Origin: Octopus sinensis
Lineage: Eukaryota
DNA length: 64,000 bases
Direction: 5' to 3'
Assembly: GCF_006345805.1 (NCBI RefSeq)
Contig: NC_042998.1
Coordinates: 42,842,001-42,906,000, forward strand
The translations under genes and the position numbers were made by a program. Under the pieces are notes generated by a model that made no database searches, was not told the DNA's origin, and saw nothing but the letters and a program-made list of their open reading frames with translations. Shown one piece after another: positions 51,728 through 64,000 of the stretch; within the stretch, counting starts at the first letter, position 1, and the number at the start of each line of letters is the position of its first letter.

Positions 51728-52390
51728 GGTGGTGAGGTGGCAGAATTGTTAGCATGCCGGGCGAAATGCTTAGCAGTGTTTCATCTGCTGTTACGTTCTG
51801 AGTTCAAATTTCGCTGAGGTCGACTTTGCCTTTCATCCTTTCAGGGTCGATAAATTAAGTACCAGTTGCACACTGGGGTCGATGTAATTGACTTAACCCC
51901 TTTGTCTGTCCTTGTTTGTCTCCTCTGTGTTTAGCCCCATGTGGGCAATAAAGAAATAAGAATTGTTAGCAAGCTGGGAAAATTGCTTAGTGGCATTTTG
52001 TCCATAGTTTTGTTCTGAGTTCAAATTTCACCACGGTCAACTTTGCCTTTTATCCTTTCAGGATCAATAAAATAAGTATCAGTTGGACACTGAGACTGAT
52101 GCAATCGACTTAACCTGCGTCTGGAATTGCTGGCCTTGTGCTAAAATTTGAAACCAATATTGGGTGATATCAAAGCAGCAAGATGGCAGAATTGTTAGCA
52201 TGCCAGACAAAATGCTTAGCTGCATTTCATTCATCTTTATGTTGTGAGTTCAAATGTCACTGAGGTCATCTTTGCCTTACATCCCTTTGGGGTCGATAAA
52301 ATAAGTACTAGTTGAGTGCTGGCATCGATGTAATGGACTTAACCTACCCCACTAAAATTGTTGGCCTTGTGCCAAAATTTGAAACCAATA
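51728..52390 (+). mobile_element. Three head-to-tail family C SINE copies
   Basis: Heads (G)GCAGAATTGTTAGC at ~51740 and 52186 and GAATTGTTAGC at ~51960, each followed by GAGTTCAAAT and GATAAA.TAAGTA. Confidence 0.85.
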
Positions 52391-53041
52391 TTAGATGATG
52401 TCAACCAAAACCTTGTAAGTGGAATTTGGCAAGCAGAAAAACCTATCTGAAATTTCAACATAAAAAGGGTGAATGCATACATATATACATACATTTGTAT
52501 GTATCTATATATGTACATACAAAGGAGTGCTGAAAAATTCCTGGCCCATCCTAATATCAACCATTTTACAGAGTGTAATGGATGCAGTTTTTCATAGCAC
52601 CAGCATTGTAGATGTTGCCTTGATGTCATTAAAACTAAAGACCTCTTCCAAACTCTGTGTTGTCACTATTCAAATTGATTATCAACCACATAGAAATTAA
52701 TGGGTCATTTTTGTGACACCAGCACAGTTGGGATCTCTTGTTAGGAAGAAGGAGAGATAGCAAGACATAAATGGTGGGATCAAAGGAAAAGGAGATATAC
52801 AATATGCACAAATTGGATACTTTCCTCTCAGATATGGGTGTCATGACATTGATTTGAGGAGATGAGAGGATATAAATGAGGCATAGCAGTTAAAACAGAT
52901 AATCATGGGATATGAAGCTATGGAATAGATAACAACTAGGTGAGGATGCTTGCACAGAGGGTACATAATTGAGGGATGTGATAATATAGAATGGACAGCA
53001 GATGTAGAATGTGTATGTGAATGTGTGTGTGCATGCATGTG

Positions 53042-53081
<40 letters not shown>

Positions 53082-53109
53082 GTGTGTGTGTGTGTGTCTG
53101 TGTGTGTCT

Positions 53110-53140
<31 letters not shown>

Positions 53141-53487
53141 CATCAGCATGAGATTGAAGAATTGGTTCATTGTGTTTTTATTCCCATTACATCTCTTGAT
53201 ATCCAGGTTAAGATTTGTCATTCAACCTTTAAAATTTGATAAAATAAATACCAAACAAGCTACTGGTGTCAATATAAAACTTCTGAAGGCAGTGACTTTG
53301 CATGGTTGCAATCCAATGACTGAAACCAATTAAGAGATTAAAAGATTAAACTTATGAATGTTAGTTGCTATTTTACAGTAAGGTTCTTTTCTAGAGCTTC
53401 ATGTTGTTGCCCGAGAAGGAATGTACTCAAGTGGTTGTCTGTTACCTTTTCTTTCCTTTCACCAAAGTCTACTTTCTTTTTACATAC

Positions 53488-53560
53488 CTGCCTAGATTAA
53501 GAAACCAAGCTCCATTCTCCCACTTGGGGATATAAGAATGGAAATCTACCTTACCCATAC
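53488..53560 (-). CDS. Candidate exon (xMGKVDFHSYIPKWENGAWFLNLGx)
   Basis: CAG|gtatgt donor, one open frame; acceptor ambiguous (53560 or 53545). Confidence 0.3.
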
Positions 53561-54299
53561 CTGCACAGTCTGCATATGATGCAAGACATTATGATAATGT
53601 TGATATTTATTAAGAAGTAATTAGATTTATTACATTTATTGCTTTCCATTGACTATGAGTGAAGATCTAGGAACTGAGCCAGATTACAGATTTGTTTCAA
53701 TGAGAAATTATTACTGTCAGCTGAAGATTTCGTCTTATATATCTTTTAATGTAACTATAGAACTACCTCTTCAACCGCTATCCATCATCCTCATTACTCT
53801 CAGTTTTATAACAATCACCTTTCATATCAATATTATAATTTTCATTACCATTAAATTCACTACATTAAAGGTTACAGCATTTAACTATGGATTGAGAATC
53901 TAACTTGAAATCATTGTCCTACATTCTCGACACATTGAGTGTTTTCTATTTTGCATTTCAAACTTGTTAGTGGAAAGCACTGTTTTTTTTTCTTTTTATT
54001 TATCTATTTTATTTATTTTTTCAAGAATCCTGCCAAAATCTCTGACTGTTCACTCAAGTAGGTACATACATTTCACGTATACAGTAAAAGAGGAATATGG
54101 GAAACTAGAGATTACACAGCTGCTGTATGTTTCAGTCTGCTGTGTGGTATGGGTGGTGTAGGTATATGCTTAACAAAGCAGTAGTGGGTAGATGTAGTGA
54201 TTGAAGTAGCCAAAATAGGTGATAGAATAATTAAATTAAGACAGTAGTAATCAACATGATAACATTTATCTCTCTTTATTCTCCATAAATATGATTGAT

Positions 54300-54500
54300 A
54301 GATGTGTAAAACTTGTGCAGGCTAACTCAGGAATTGATGACAGTGATACTATCATGATAACTGGCAGTTTAAATGGTCATGTCAGAAATTATCAGGGGAG
54401 ATATATTGACCATGGCATGAAAGTTTAAGAGGAGTCAAGCTTCTGGAGTTCTGCAATGCAATTACGGAATCTTTCTAGTGCAACTATGTATGCATGGGAG
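54300..54500 (+). mobile_element. LINE APE endonuclease remnant (RTE-type)
   Basis: ITGSLNGHV (GDFNGHV-like) and LLEFCNA. Confidence 0.55.
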
Positions 54501-55129
54501 TCAGATTGTTTTTTATATTTACCAGAAATCTAAACTGATTACTGATTGATAGTTGTAATTAGTAGATTCTTAGTTTGTGAGGGATGAACTCTTCAACATA
54601 GTTTAATGGTGAGGGATTTTAGATTGAGTATAAGACCAACTAAGAACTTAAAGACAAGTAGGAAATGAAGGATATGTAAGATAAAACATATCTTTCATTT
54701 GTTAGTCAAAACAGCTAAATAGTATTGGGATGCTGATTGATATTGGAAGGTGGATATAGGAATCTTTAACATAAAGAACAGTTCTAAGACATCTTTCAAA
54801 CTTCAACCAATTCTGTGGATTGAACATGTCCTCAGTTAGGGTATCATAAAACTAAAGTGGAAAATATCATAAGGGCTTAACAACAGGCCTTGAAGAAGTA
54901 AAAAGAAAGGGATATCATCATCATCATCATCATCATCATTACAATTTAACATCTTTTGATGCTGGCATGGTCCTAAATGTCCTAAAAGTATTCTGTTTAT
55001 GTAGATACACACAACTGGGTCCCACACTCAGTATGTTCCTACCACCATTTCATCTTCCTAGCACTCATCTTTCCATCATTTTTCTAACTACTACATTATT
55101 CTACTGTTGTAGTTAAATGAGAGTCGAGC

Positions 55130-55985
55130 TGTATATATATATTTATATATAATAACAGAAAGGGTGGAATTTCGATTATCCCCACGTGTTGAGCTGTAAT
55201 AGATATAAGAAATTAAAGAAGGAAAATGTACCCACTTTACATAGTTTTAATATATTCTATATTGTGTTTGTCGACCAGTTTCGCTTTTGCTAATCATGAC
55301 GTTAAAATTATTTTAATTACATATTTTATCAAGAAGAATCTTTTTGTTCATGTTGTGTGTGGAATGATTCAAAAAGTAGAAAAATCTAAGGGGAGGTAAT
55401 TGGGAATCATTATTATTGTGGACAGAGGAAATAGTTGTTCATCTTTCAGTTAATCTATACAAAAATTCAAAATCCTAAGTAGTGGTCGGAAATATGTACA
55501 GTGATGGTATGTAATCATGAATTAAAATATATATAGATATCAAAGTTGGTTATGCATGTATATTTAGCTGTGTTTTGTATTTTTCGATGAATAAATTCTC
55601 TTTATGTAAATGTTCTTGTATAGAAATTGCATATTTGCACTGGTAGAAGGGGAAAAGTGTGAAATTTGGTTTGATGTTATCTGCACATCTCTCTATGTGT
55701 TCACTTAAAGGAATCTGTCTGTGCTGTGGAAACCAGATTTGCTCTTTATGTAGAGTGGTTCTCCATCTCAGTGTCATACTTGTCTGTCCTATATAATGAT
55801 GTCCACAACCAGAGCAGATTATTACATAAATTAGATTCACAGAGGCACAAGTGAAGCTGGTTTTAATTGTGAACTTCTCTCCTTGTTTGAAAAGGAAATT
55901 CGAGCCTTCAAGTAAGTTGGGGCATGTTCCACAGTTTGGGCGTCCACATTTTTTAACCATTGGTTTCATGGTTTTATTCTTATAC
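55130..55985 (-). mobile_element. Penelope-like element 3' fragment (GIY-YIG endonuclease plus 3' region)
   Basis: Open frame to a stop at 55550 with the Penelope GIY-YIG layout; degenerate hammerhead relic downstream. Confidence 0.9.
55550..55969 (-). pseudogene. GIY-YIG endonuclease domain of a Penelope-like element (RT part absent)
   Basis: CGRPNCGTC...FTCASVNLIYVIICSGCGHHYIGQT...LRWR...H...H...ENLFIEKYKTQLN; the first residues of the listed ORF come from a (TG)n tract. Confidence 0.85.
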
Positions 55986-57085
55986 ACACACAAACACACA
56001 CACACACACTCTTTCCATGCTATTAGTTATCTCTTCTTGTTCTTGAACCACTTTGACATCTATCCCCCATTCTCAACATCATCCCTCCCCACAACAGCAG
56101 CCACGTAGGACTCACCAACTTTGTCCAACAGCATTACAGTGACCTCCATCTCTGTTGCCACCATTCATCCTAACGTCAACATCTCTCTACATAGTCACCC
56201 ATGTTACAACACTGCACTGTTCGTGAACTACTTCACCATGGGTCAACAGCGAATATACAACCTGTACCAAGTGACCCAGGCAGCAACATCACAGTCACAA
56301 CTTCACGTACGACATGTGCTGCATCGAGCTCTGAAACATCACTGCAACGTTTTGATACAGTATTTCAACTATTATGTACAATTGACTACAAACTGGTGTT
56401 TATCATTCTTGTATCTATGAACTTACTCCTCACTTCGATGGCTATAGACTCTTTCACTATCTCTTCTTCATCACTATCCTTGTATGTTCTCAACGTGCAT
56501 ACATCTATGTCTACATACACACACATACATCTTATTCTTATGACAGCCTGTCTATTATTCCGTATATATGACACACACACAATCATGTATGTTAACATAT
56601 CAATAAATCTTCTTTGAAACATTCTACCTGGTTGTGTTTCTTATTTCCCTGTAGCACATATATGCATTGTTCTATTCATATTTATTGTATTGACTGTGTG
56701 ATGTACAAAGGAGCCATTCTCATCACCTTGCTTCGTACAGGTGTCACAAATCAATGACCCGTTCCAGCTCCTTGAAACTACAAAACAATTATAATGAGAG
56801 AAGGAGATATTCCACAGGAATCTAAACCTTCATGCGCCTTATAGGGGTTTTTAATTTTGAAAATTACATGGCAATCTCACTAGTGCTGGGGCCACAAAAC
56901 AAGAAAAGAAAGAAAAGGGAGTATACTCTGTTAATTGGTTGGCATTAGGAAGGGCATCCAGCCATAAAAGTTATGTGAAACCAAACCGTAAAACTTGTTG
57001 CAGTTCTCTGAATCATTGGATCCTGTTGAACCAACCAGCCCATGCCAGCATAGAAGATGGATATTAAATGATGACGACAACACTC

Positions 57086-57127
<42 letters not shown>

Positions 57128-57181
57128 ACACACACACACACACACGTGCACACACACACACATACACACACCTACACATAT

Positions 57182-57590
57182 ACTCTTTTACTTGTTTCAG
57201 TCATTTGACTGCGGCCATGCTGGAGCACCACCTTTAGTCGAGCAAATCGACCCCAGGACTTATTCTTTGTAAGCCTAGTACTTATTCTATCGGTCTCTTT
57301 GCTGAACCGCTAAGTTACGGGGACATAAACACACCAGCATCGGTTGTCAAGTGATGTTGGGGGGACAACACACAGATACACAAACATATACACACATACA
57401 TACATATATACATATATACGATGGGCTTCTTTCAGTTTCCATCTACCAAATTCACTCACAAGGCTTTGGTCGACCCAAGGCTATAGTAGAAGAGACTTGC
57501 CCAAGGTGCCACACAGTGGGACTGAACCGGAACCATGTGGTTCGTAAGCAAGCTACTTACCACACAGCCACTCCTATGCCTATTTAAAAG
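57182..57590 (-). mobile_element. SINE family A, full length
   Basis: Complete head-to-tail match. Confidence 0.9.
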
Positions 57591-58310
57591 TTTTTGTGAA
57601 AAAATACTTGATAGTCACAATCTTTAAAAAAAGCTCTTTCAAAACTCATAAACTATTTTTAAAAATGATCTAGAAAACAGAATGCCACAAACCTTTGGGG
57701 AAAAGGTTTTTGCATACTATGTTTATACATACTACACACACACACACACACACATATGCACATACACAAAAACATGCACACAAACACACACATATGCCAT
57801 TTTTAAAAAAGAAGCCATCAAGTACAGCTTTAACTAATTACTTGTTTGTTCTCTACCACAAAGCTGATATACCTTACGATATTCAAAAACTGCCTATGTT
57901 AATGCCAGTGTAATGTTACCGTCCTTAAACCTGACACACAAATATCAAGATCAACTCTGGACTGCCAGTAGGTGAATTTAGGAATTAATTCTGAACACAT
58001 GAGAAAGCTGCTTATGTAGTTAAATCTTAATGAGATGTAGTTTTGACTTCATTAAATATTACTAGACAAAACACTATACCTATTCTTATGTTTCCGCTGA
58101 AACCACAGTATACTCCTAAGTCTCAGTCTTGTAAAGTATGCAATGTTTGTATTTGACTAGTGGAGAATGCTGTTTAAGTTGAATGTGATGTGTGGCAGAA
58201 ACATAATTTTTGCAAGCGTTTCTGATTAGCTGGCGATAAGAGATGTATTATGTGTTGTTGGTGATCTATTTTTGTAGAGTCAGGATTCTAATTTCTGTAT
58301 TTTTGGTCAG

Positions 58311-58408
58311 AGTGGATGTGTGATTGTGTATAGGGAGCCACAGGAGAAGATTATTGTTATGCCTTCTGTGAAAGATGCCATATGTACATTGTGGACAGAG
58401 ATGAAAAG
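58311..58408 (+). CDS. Candidate internal exon (SGCVIVYREPQEKIIVMPSVKDAICTLWTEMKx), phase 0 to 2
   Basis: Branch-like ttctaat, pyrimidine tract and cag acceptor, AAG|gtatga donor, 98 nt, other two frames closed; product not recognised. Confidence 0.55.
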
Positions 58409-58423
58409 GTATGAACATACATA

Positions 58424-59511
58424 TTAGGCTGTCAGATAAAGTTGTACATTTTTTTCTCATTTATTTTTGTCCTTTTTTGCATCAACTATGTTTACAAATC
58501 AATCAATTTTGCCAGTGAACAGGTTGCAGTCTCAAAGTGACGAAAATATTGACAAATTAAATTTAATTGTTGAAGTGAATCTAACGGTTTTTGTGTGTTT
58601 CTTAAATGGCTTATAAACACCTTCCATGCTGCATTTGTTTTCGTTCCAGCACACGATCTCAGATCAGGTCACTTGCTATGCAAGTACGTCTCCGTAAATC
58701 AATAATATATTCTCCTTCATTGATCATAACTTTTAACCAATGTTCCACAAGCTTGTCAATGTCTAGAAATCCCCAGGCTATGACTCAATTAACTGAGCCA
58801 CTATTTAGCTCTATGTTGTTGAACAAACTATCCCACACACTTTTGGTGTGTAACTGCAAAAGTTATCTAAAGGCACTATATCAGGAGAATATAGTGGGTG
58901 CAACAGAACTTTCCAACTGTGCTCTTGCATTGTCTACCTTTTAGGGCGAATTAGTGACATGGAGGTGAGTGTTGTCATGTTGAAGAAGCATATTGTGTGC
59001 ACTCAGCTTGTTTAACTGGCAGGGTAACAGTACCATGAGAGCATCTCATCTGTTGGACCAGTTCCCTGGTTGATTGGTGTGGACCTTGTAGATAGGCTCA
59101 TTCAAATGATCATCATTGAACGGAACAGGTTGAATAGAACATGGAGAGTCTGTGGGGTTGAATTTCCCTGCCTTGAAAAATGTAAACCATTTCTGTGCTG
59201 TTTTATTTTTCTTTACTAATAGCACCTTCTCTATACACAACACAAATGCCATGAGTGACTGGCAGCTTTGAACCTTGACTGAAAGAAAGAGAACCAGATG
59301 TTGAAAATGCTCATTTTTTTACTACTTGGTACTCTGTAATTATCATATGCTTGAAAAGAGGTAACATTCATTTAAATATTAAAAGTGTTAAGCAAAAGTT
59401 ATAGAGGAAGAATACAGCACCAAAGAACCATAAAACACTGCAATAAAAATATTTTTCATGTTAACTCAAATAACATTGGAAATAGACAAACAAATTTATC
59501 TAACAGCCCAG
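58424..59511 (-). mobile_element. Decayed mariner transposon (~1.09 kb)
   Basis: TA-flanked TIRs TTAGGCTGTCAGATAAA / CTGGGCTGTTAGATAAA (reverse complement); transposase relics EHFQHLVL, AQKWFTFFKAGKF, VDNARAQ (HDNARPH-like). Confidence 0.88.
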
Positions 59512-60710
59512 TAGATTGAAAAGGTTAGGTGATATTCATACCACTCTATTAGGAAGGCTAAAAATCTATAAGTTTTTGCTGTATGTTTGAAAATCACTTG
59601 ACATTCTAAGGTGTAGTTAGCCAGTTGACATTATGTAATGTTGTCTAGTGAAATGATGAGTATATTTATGAGCAAGTAAAAGAAAACCGTGTTAAAAGTT
59701 TGATGGATGTTTGTAGTGTTTAGGTTAACTAGTAGCCAGTGCAGAAGAGATAAATGTAGAAGAGGAAAGATATAGCTTGGCAAATAACATATAAAGACTG
59801 TTAATGCATGAAAATTTTTCAATTTATCAGAAGATATTTTCTATCTAATTGATTCAGCTCTACTGATCCCCTTAAAGAAACAAAACGAAATAAGAATTTT
59901 GGTGTGATAATGAAAAGATAGTTGGCAAATTTGCTTGGAATGTATCATTAGATTGCAAGTTGAAAGAAGGCGATGTGAGGAGCACAGAATTATATTAGTG
60001 CTAAGAAAGGATTTGGCAGTATTCATGAAGAAGCATATTGTTGAGGCATAACTGTGGTTGCAAGAATTCACTTTTCCAAATACATGACCGGCCTATTTAA
60101 GCTGTAACTGGTTATAATAATAGAAGCTAACATGAAGTGGGTGTAACTGAAACAATTCTACTTACAGTTGTTTGGCATATGCTGGAACTGGAATTGGAGC
60201 TTTTCCAGACAATGAGAAAATGTAGAACCTGGAACTAAGCAAGTTCACTTTTTATTTATCTTTATGTGGATTTTTTTTAAAAAAAACAGCATATTGGAAG
60301 ACATTCAGAAAACAAGGCTTCTTGATATGATTTTGCTGATAAAATATCTTTACCTTGATCACAATCACCACTGCAATCTATTATCGTCCACACATTTATT
60401 TCTCCTAGGACAAAATACCTGATATCTCCTCTCTAGTATTATCATGAAGTCTATCATTACTTGCTTCATTCAACTACAAATGTTACCAAACTATATTCCA
60501 GTTATAACCAGTTATATTCCCACCACAATCACAAAAGCTGATATTGTCATCCAACAACAATTGCAATGCATGTCATCTGTCTGAAGTTGCTTTCAAATAT
60601 ATTTGCTTTAATGTCTATACCATTATAACAAAGACAAGCCAGGCTGTCTTTTCATACTCACTCACCACCACTACCACCATCATGTATGTTCAGGTTTGAG
60701 AACTAGGATA

Positions 60711-61631
60711 CCGTAAATCCTTGAGTATAATCTGCATTTTTTCCCAAAATTTAAAGGTCAAAATCCCTAGTACGTACTATATACAAGGTTTCAAATGAAA
60801 ATTACTTTCTAAGCAATGTCCAAGTCTCTATTTGCTGTCCGGCAGTGTTTATTCAGATGCATTTTGTGATGTCGGGCATGAAAATACCTTAAGCTAAGCC
60901 TGAAAGCAATGAAGTCATAAAAGAATCATCCATAACTTGCAGTAAGCAACATTTATTAAACGTTATTACTGCTATTTCTTTATTTTCTGCGAACAAAATG
61001 CACAAAAAAGCTACACGCTTGCATTATGTTATATATACAATAATAATAAAGGACATTACCGTATACATTTTTACAAACCAAGGACGTTATACTCTTTTAC
61101 TTGTTTCAGTCATTTGATTGCGGCCATGCTGGAGCACCGCCTTTTAGTCGAGCAAATCGACCCCGGGACTTATTCTTTGTAAGTCCAGTACTTATTCTAT
61201 CGGTCTCTTTTGCCAAACCGCTAAGTGATGGGGACGTAAACACACCAGCATTGGTTGTCAAGCAATGCTAGGGGGACAAACACAGAAACACAAACACATA
61301 CACACACATATATATATAAATATATATACATATATACGACAGGCTTCTTTCAGTTTCTGTCTCCCAAATTCACTCACAAGGCATTGGTTGGCCCGGGGCT
61401 ATAGCAGAAGACACTTGCCCAAGGTGCCATGCAGTGGGACTGAACCCGGAACCATGTGGTTGGTTAACAAGCTACTTACCACACAGCCACTCCTGCGCCT
61501 ATAGACCTTTTTGACTCAAGTTAGAGAAGGAGTGCGTATTATACACAAGGCTTAGGTTTTTCAGAGGTACAGCCCCCTAAAAATCCCCTGCGTATTATAC
61601 TCAAGGGTGGACTATACTCGAGGATTTACAG
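60711..61631. mobile_element. Non-autonomous Tc1/pogo-like DNA element with a SINE insertion
   Basis: TIRs CCGTAAATCCTTGAGTATAATC / CTGTAAATCCTCGAGTATAGTC (reverse complement); TA at 60709-60710 and 61632-61633. Confidence 0.85.
61091..61500 (-). mobile_element. SINE family A, full length, nested in the TIR element
   Basis: Complete head-to-tail match. Confidence 0.9.
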
Positions 61632-61970
61632 TACATCTTGTGTCATTATGTAGTGATCTGTTTAACCTCAGAAAAGTGACAACCTTTTGTTCTTATTTTT
61701 GCCATCAAGAGAAAAGTGGTTTGGTCAAACCATTAGAGTTAGTCCAAATTTTATATTTTATGTTGGTTAATGCAAATCCTGCTAAACACACAGGCATGGC
61801 TGTGTGTATAGGCGCAGGTGTGGGTGTGTGGTAAGAAACTTGCTTCCCAACCACATAGTCCTTGGTTCAGTCCCACTGCATGGCATCTTGGGAAAGTGTC
61901 TTCTACCATAGCCTTGGGCTGACCAAAGTCTTGTGAGTGGATTTGGTAGACAGAAACTGAAATAAACCTG

Positions 61971-62004
<34 letters not shown>

Positions 62005-62099
62005 CTTTCTGTGATTGTCCCCCACACACACAAACACCACTTGACAACTGGTGTTGGTGTGTTTCTAACAGAATATGTACCAGGCTTTAAAAAAAAAAG

Positions 62100-62490
62100 T
62101 GCAGAAGTGGCTGTGTGGTACGTAGCTTGCTTACCAACCACATGGTTCCGGATTCAGTCCCACTGCATGGCATCTTGGGCAAGTGTCTTCTACTATAGCC
62201 TCGGGCCAACCAAAGCCTTGTGAGTGGATTTGGTAGATGGAAACTGAAAGAAGCCCATCGTATATATATGTGTGTGTGTGTGTTTGTGTGTCTGTGTTTG
62301 TCCCCCAACATCGCTTGACAACCGATGCTGGTATGTTTACATCTCCATAACTTAGTGGTTTGGCAAAAGAGACCAATAGAATAAGTACCAGGTTTACAAA
62401 GAATAAGTCCTGGGGTCGATTTGCTTGACTAAAGGCGGTGCTCCAGCATGGCCACAGTCAAATTACTGAAACAAGTAAAAGAGTAAAAGA
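62100..62490 (+). mobile_element. SINE family A, full length; a partial copy precedes it at ~61795-62050
   Basis: Complete head-to-tail match. Confidence 0.9.
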
Positions 62491-63266
62491 GTACCAGGGG
62501 CGAATTTTTCGACTAAAAAAACTTCAAGGTGGTGCTCCAGCATGGCCGCAGTTTAATGACTGAAACAAATAAGAAAATAAAAGAAAAGAATAAGGTCAAC
62601 TTTGTGTTTCATCCTCTAGAGTCAATTAAATAAAGTCCCAGTTAAGTACCAAGGTTAATTTAATCAAATTTTCCCTTTGATAAAATTTCTGATTTTGTGC
62701 CCATGTTAGGTTATATCATTATTGCCGGCAGAATAAGATCGTGAGCAAGAATTGTTGTTAACACACCAGGCAACATGCTTAGCAGTATTTCATTAATCTC
62801 TACATTCTGAGTTGAAATTCCACTGAAGTCAACTTTGCCAGTTGAGTACTAGAGTTGATGTAATCAACTTACCCTTCTCCATAATTGCTGGCCTTGTGCC
62901 AAAATTTGAAACCATTATTACCATTACTTTCATAACCTCTATCACATACCATAACCTCATAATTATTATAAATACCATGCCTTATTATAAGTAATATAAA
63001 TAAACTATAAGCCTATAGTATAAAGATTGTAGTTATGATGTTTATAGTATATAGACTGAGGGCATATATTTCTAATATAATTATGTAATATTTTTGCTGT
63101 TAATTCCAGGAAGGTGAAGTATTAATCATACACAAGTCATTTGAAAGAACTTTTAGATGAGATGGAAGGGAAATTGATATAGTTATTAGGAAGAGCTTGA
63201 AAAGAGTTATAGTTCTGCTCTAATGTGTGTGTGTGTGTGTGTGTGGTGTGTGTGTGTGTGTGTATA

Positions 63267-63670
63267 TAGTAGCTTGCTTACCAACTGGGTTCAGTCCCAC
63301 TGTGTGGTACCTTGGGTTCAGCTTGCTTACCACCTGGGTTCAGTCCCACTGCGTGTCTTCTACTATAGCCTTGGGCCGACCAAAGCCTTGTGAGTGAATT
63401 TATAGACGGAAACTGAAAGAAGCCCGTTGTATATATATATATATATGGGTATGTTTATGTTTGTGTGTCTGTGTTTGTCCCTCCGAACGTCGCTTGACAA
63501 CTGATGGTGTTGTGTTTATGTCCCCGTCACTTAGCAGTTTGGCAAGAGAGAACGATAGAATAAGTACTAGGCTTACAAAAAATAAGTCCTGGTGTTGAGT
63601 TGGTCGACTAAAGGTGGTGCTCCAGCATGGCTGCAGTCAAATGACTGTAGCAAAATAAAAGAATAAAAGA
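63267..63670 (+). mobile_element. SINE family A with a duplicated head segment
   Basis: AGCTTGCTTACC..CTGGGTTCAGTCCCACTG occurs twice (63270-63300 and 63320-63350). Confidence 0.85.
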
Positions 63671-63886
63671 CAGAAAATATATATATATATATATATTGTG
63701 GAGCGGTTGGTGTTAGGAAGGGCATCCAGCCGTAAAAATCCCTACTAAAGTTGAAACAGTAGCCTAGGGTAGTTTTTCTACCTGGCTGGCTCCTGTCAAC
63801 CGTCTTACACATGCTTGCATGCATGGAAGATGGACATTAAATGATGATAATGATGATGAAGATATATATATATATGTTTCTATATA

Positions 63887-64000
63887 TGAAGGGGTGCTGA
63901 AAAGTTCTTGGCTTTAAGGGCATTGCAAAAGGCCTGGTTGGAGACCCAACCTTCCAAGTTCTTTTACAGGGCTTAGAAAAACTGAAGGACCACCGCAATA
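63887..64000. mobile_element. Mariner-derived MITE, truncated by the window edge
   Basis: Left TIR GAAGGGGTGCTGAAAAGTTCTTGGCTTT and body as at 15313. Confidence 0.85.

Noticed and set aside
59640-60240. Protein-like frames on both strands
   Set aside because: There are multiple stops, conflicting candidate frames and no diagnostic motif, so I cannot separate a TE relic from an exon.
1-64000. Most ORF-track entries (His/Thr/Tyr/Ile- or Cys/Val/Met-rich peptides)
   Set aside because: They are translations of (CA)n, (TA)n, (TACA)n and (TCTA)n microsatellites or of SINE bodies, and recur wherever the same repeat occurs.

Overview
AT-rich eukaryotic genomic DNA, very likely octopus (inferred from its SINE families and extreme microsatellite density). 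The window is dominated by repeats: four SINE families, decayed RTE, R4/Dong, CR1-clade and Penelope-like retroelement pieces, a Helitron Rep fragment, a mariner relic, and mariner, Tc1/pogo-like and hAT non-autonomous elements. No long intact protein-coding ORF, RNA gene or CRISPR array is present. Most entries in the ORF track are microsatellite or SINE artefacts. A few short candidate exons with good splice signals occur on both strands, but I could not name their products. The most interesting signal is at 40.85-41.23 kb: three copies of a ~137-bp unit, two in tandem and one inverted. Each carries a type I hammerhead ribozyme motif, and the copy at 41117-41177 has a complete catalytic core. 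A separate degenerate minimal hammerhead lies downstream of the Penelope GIY-YIG ORF (55270-55300). TIR/TSD and ribozyme coordinates were read base by base; other repeat boundaries are approximate.
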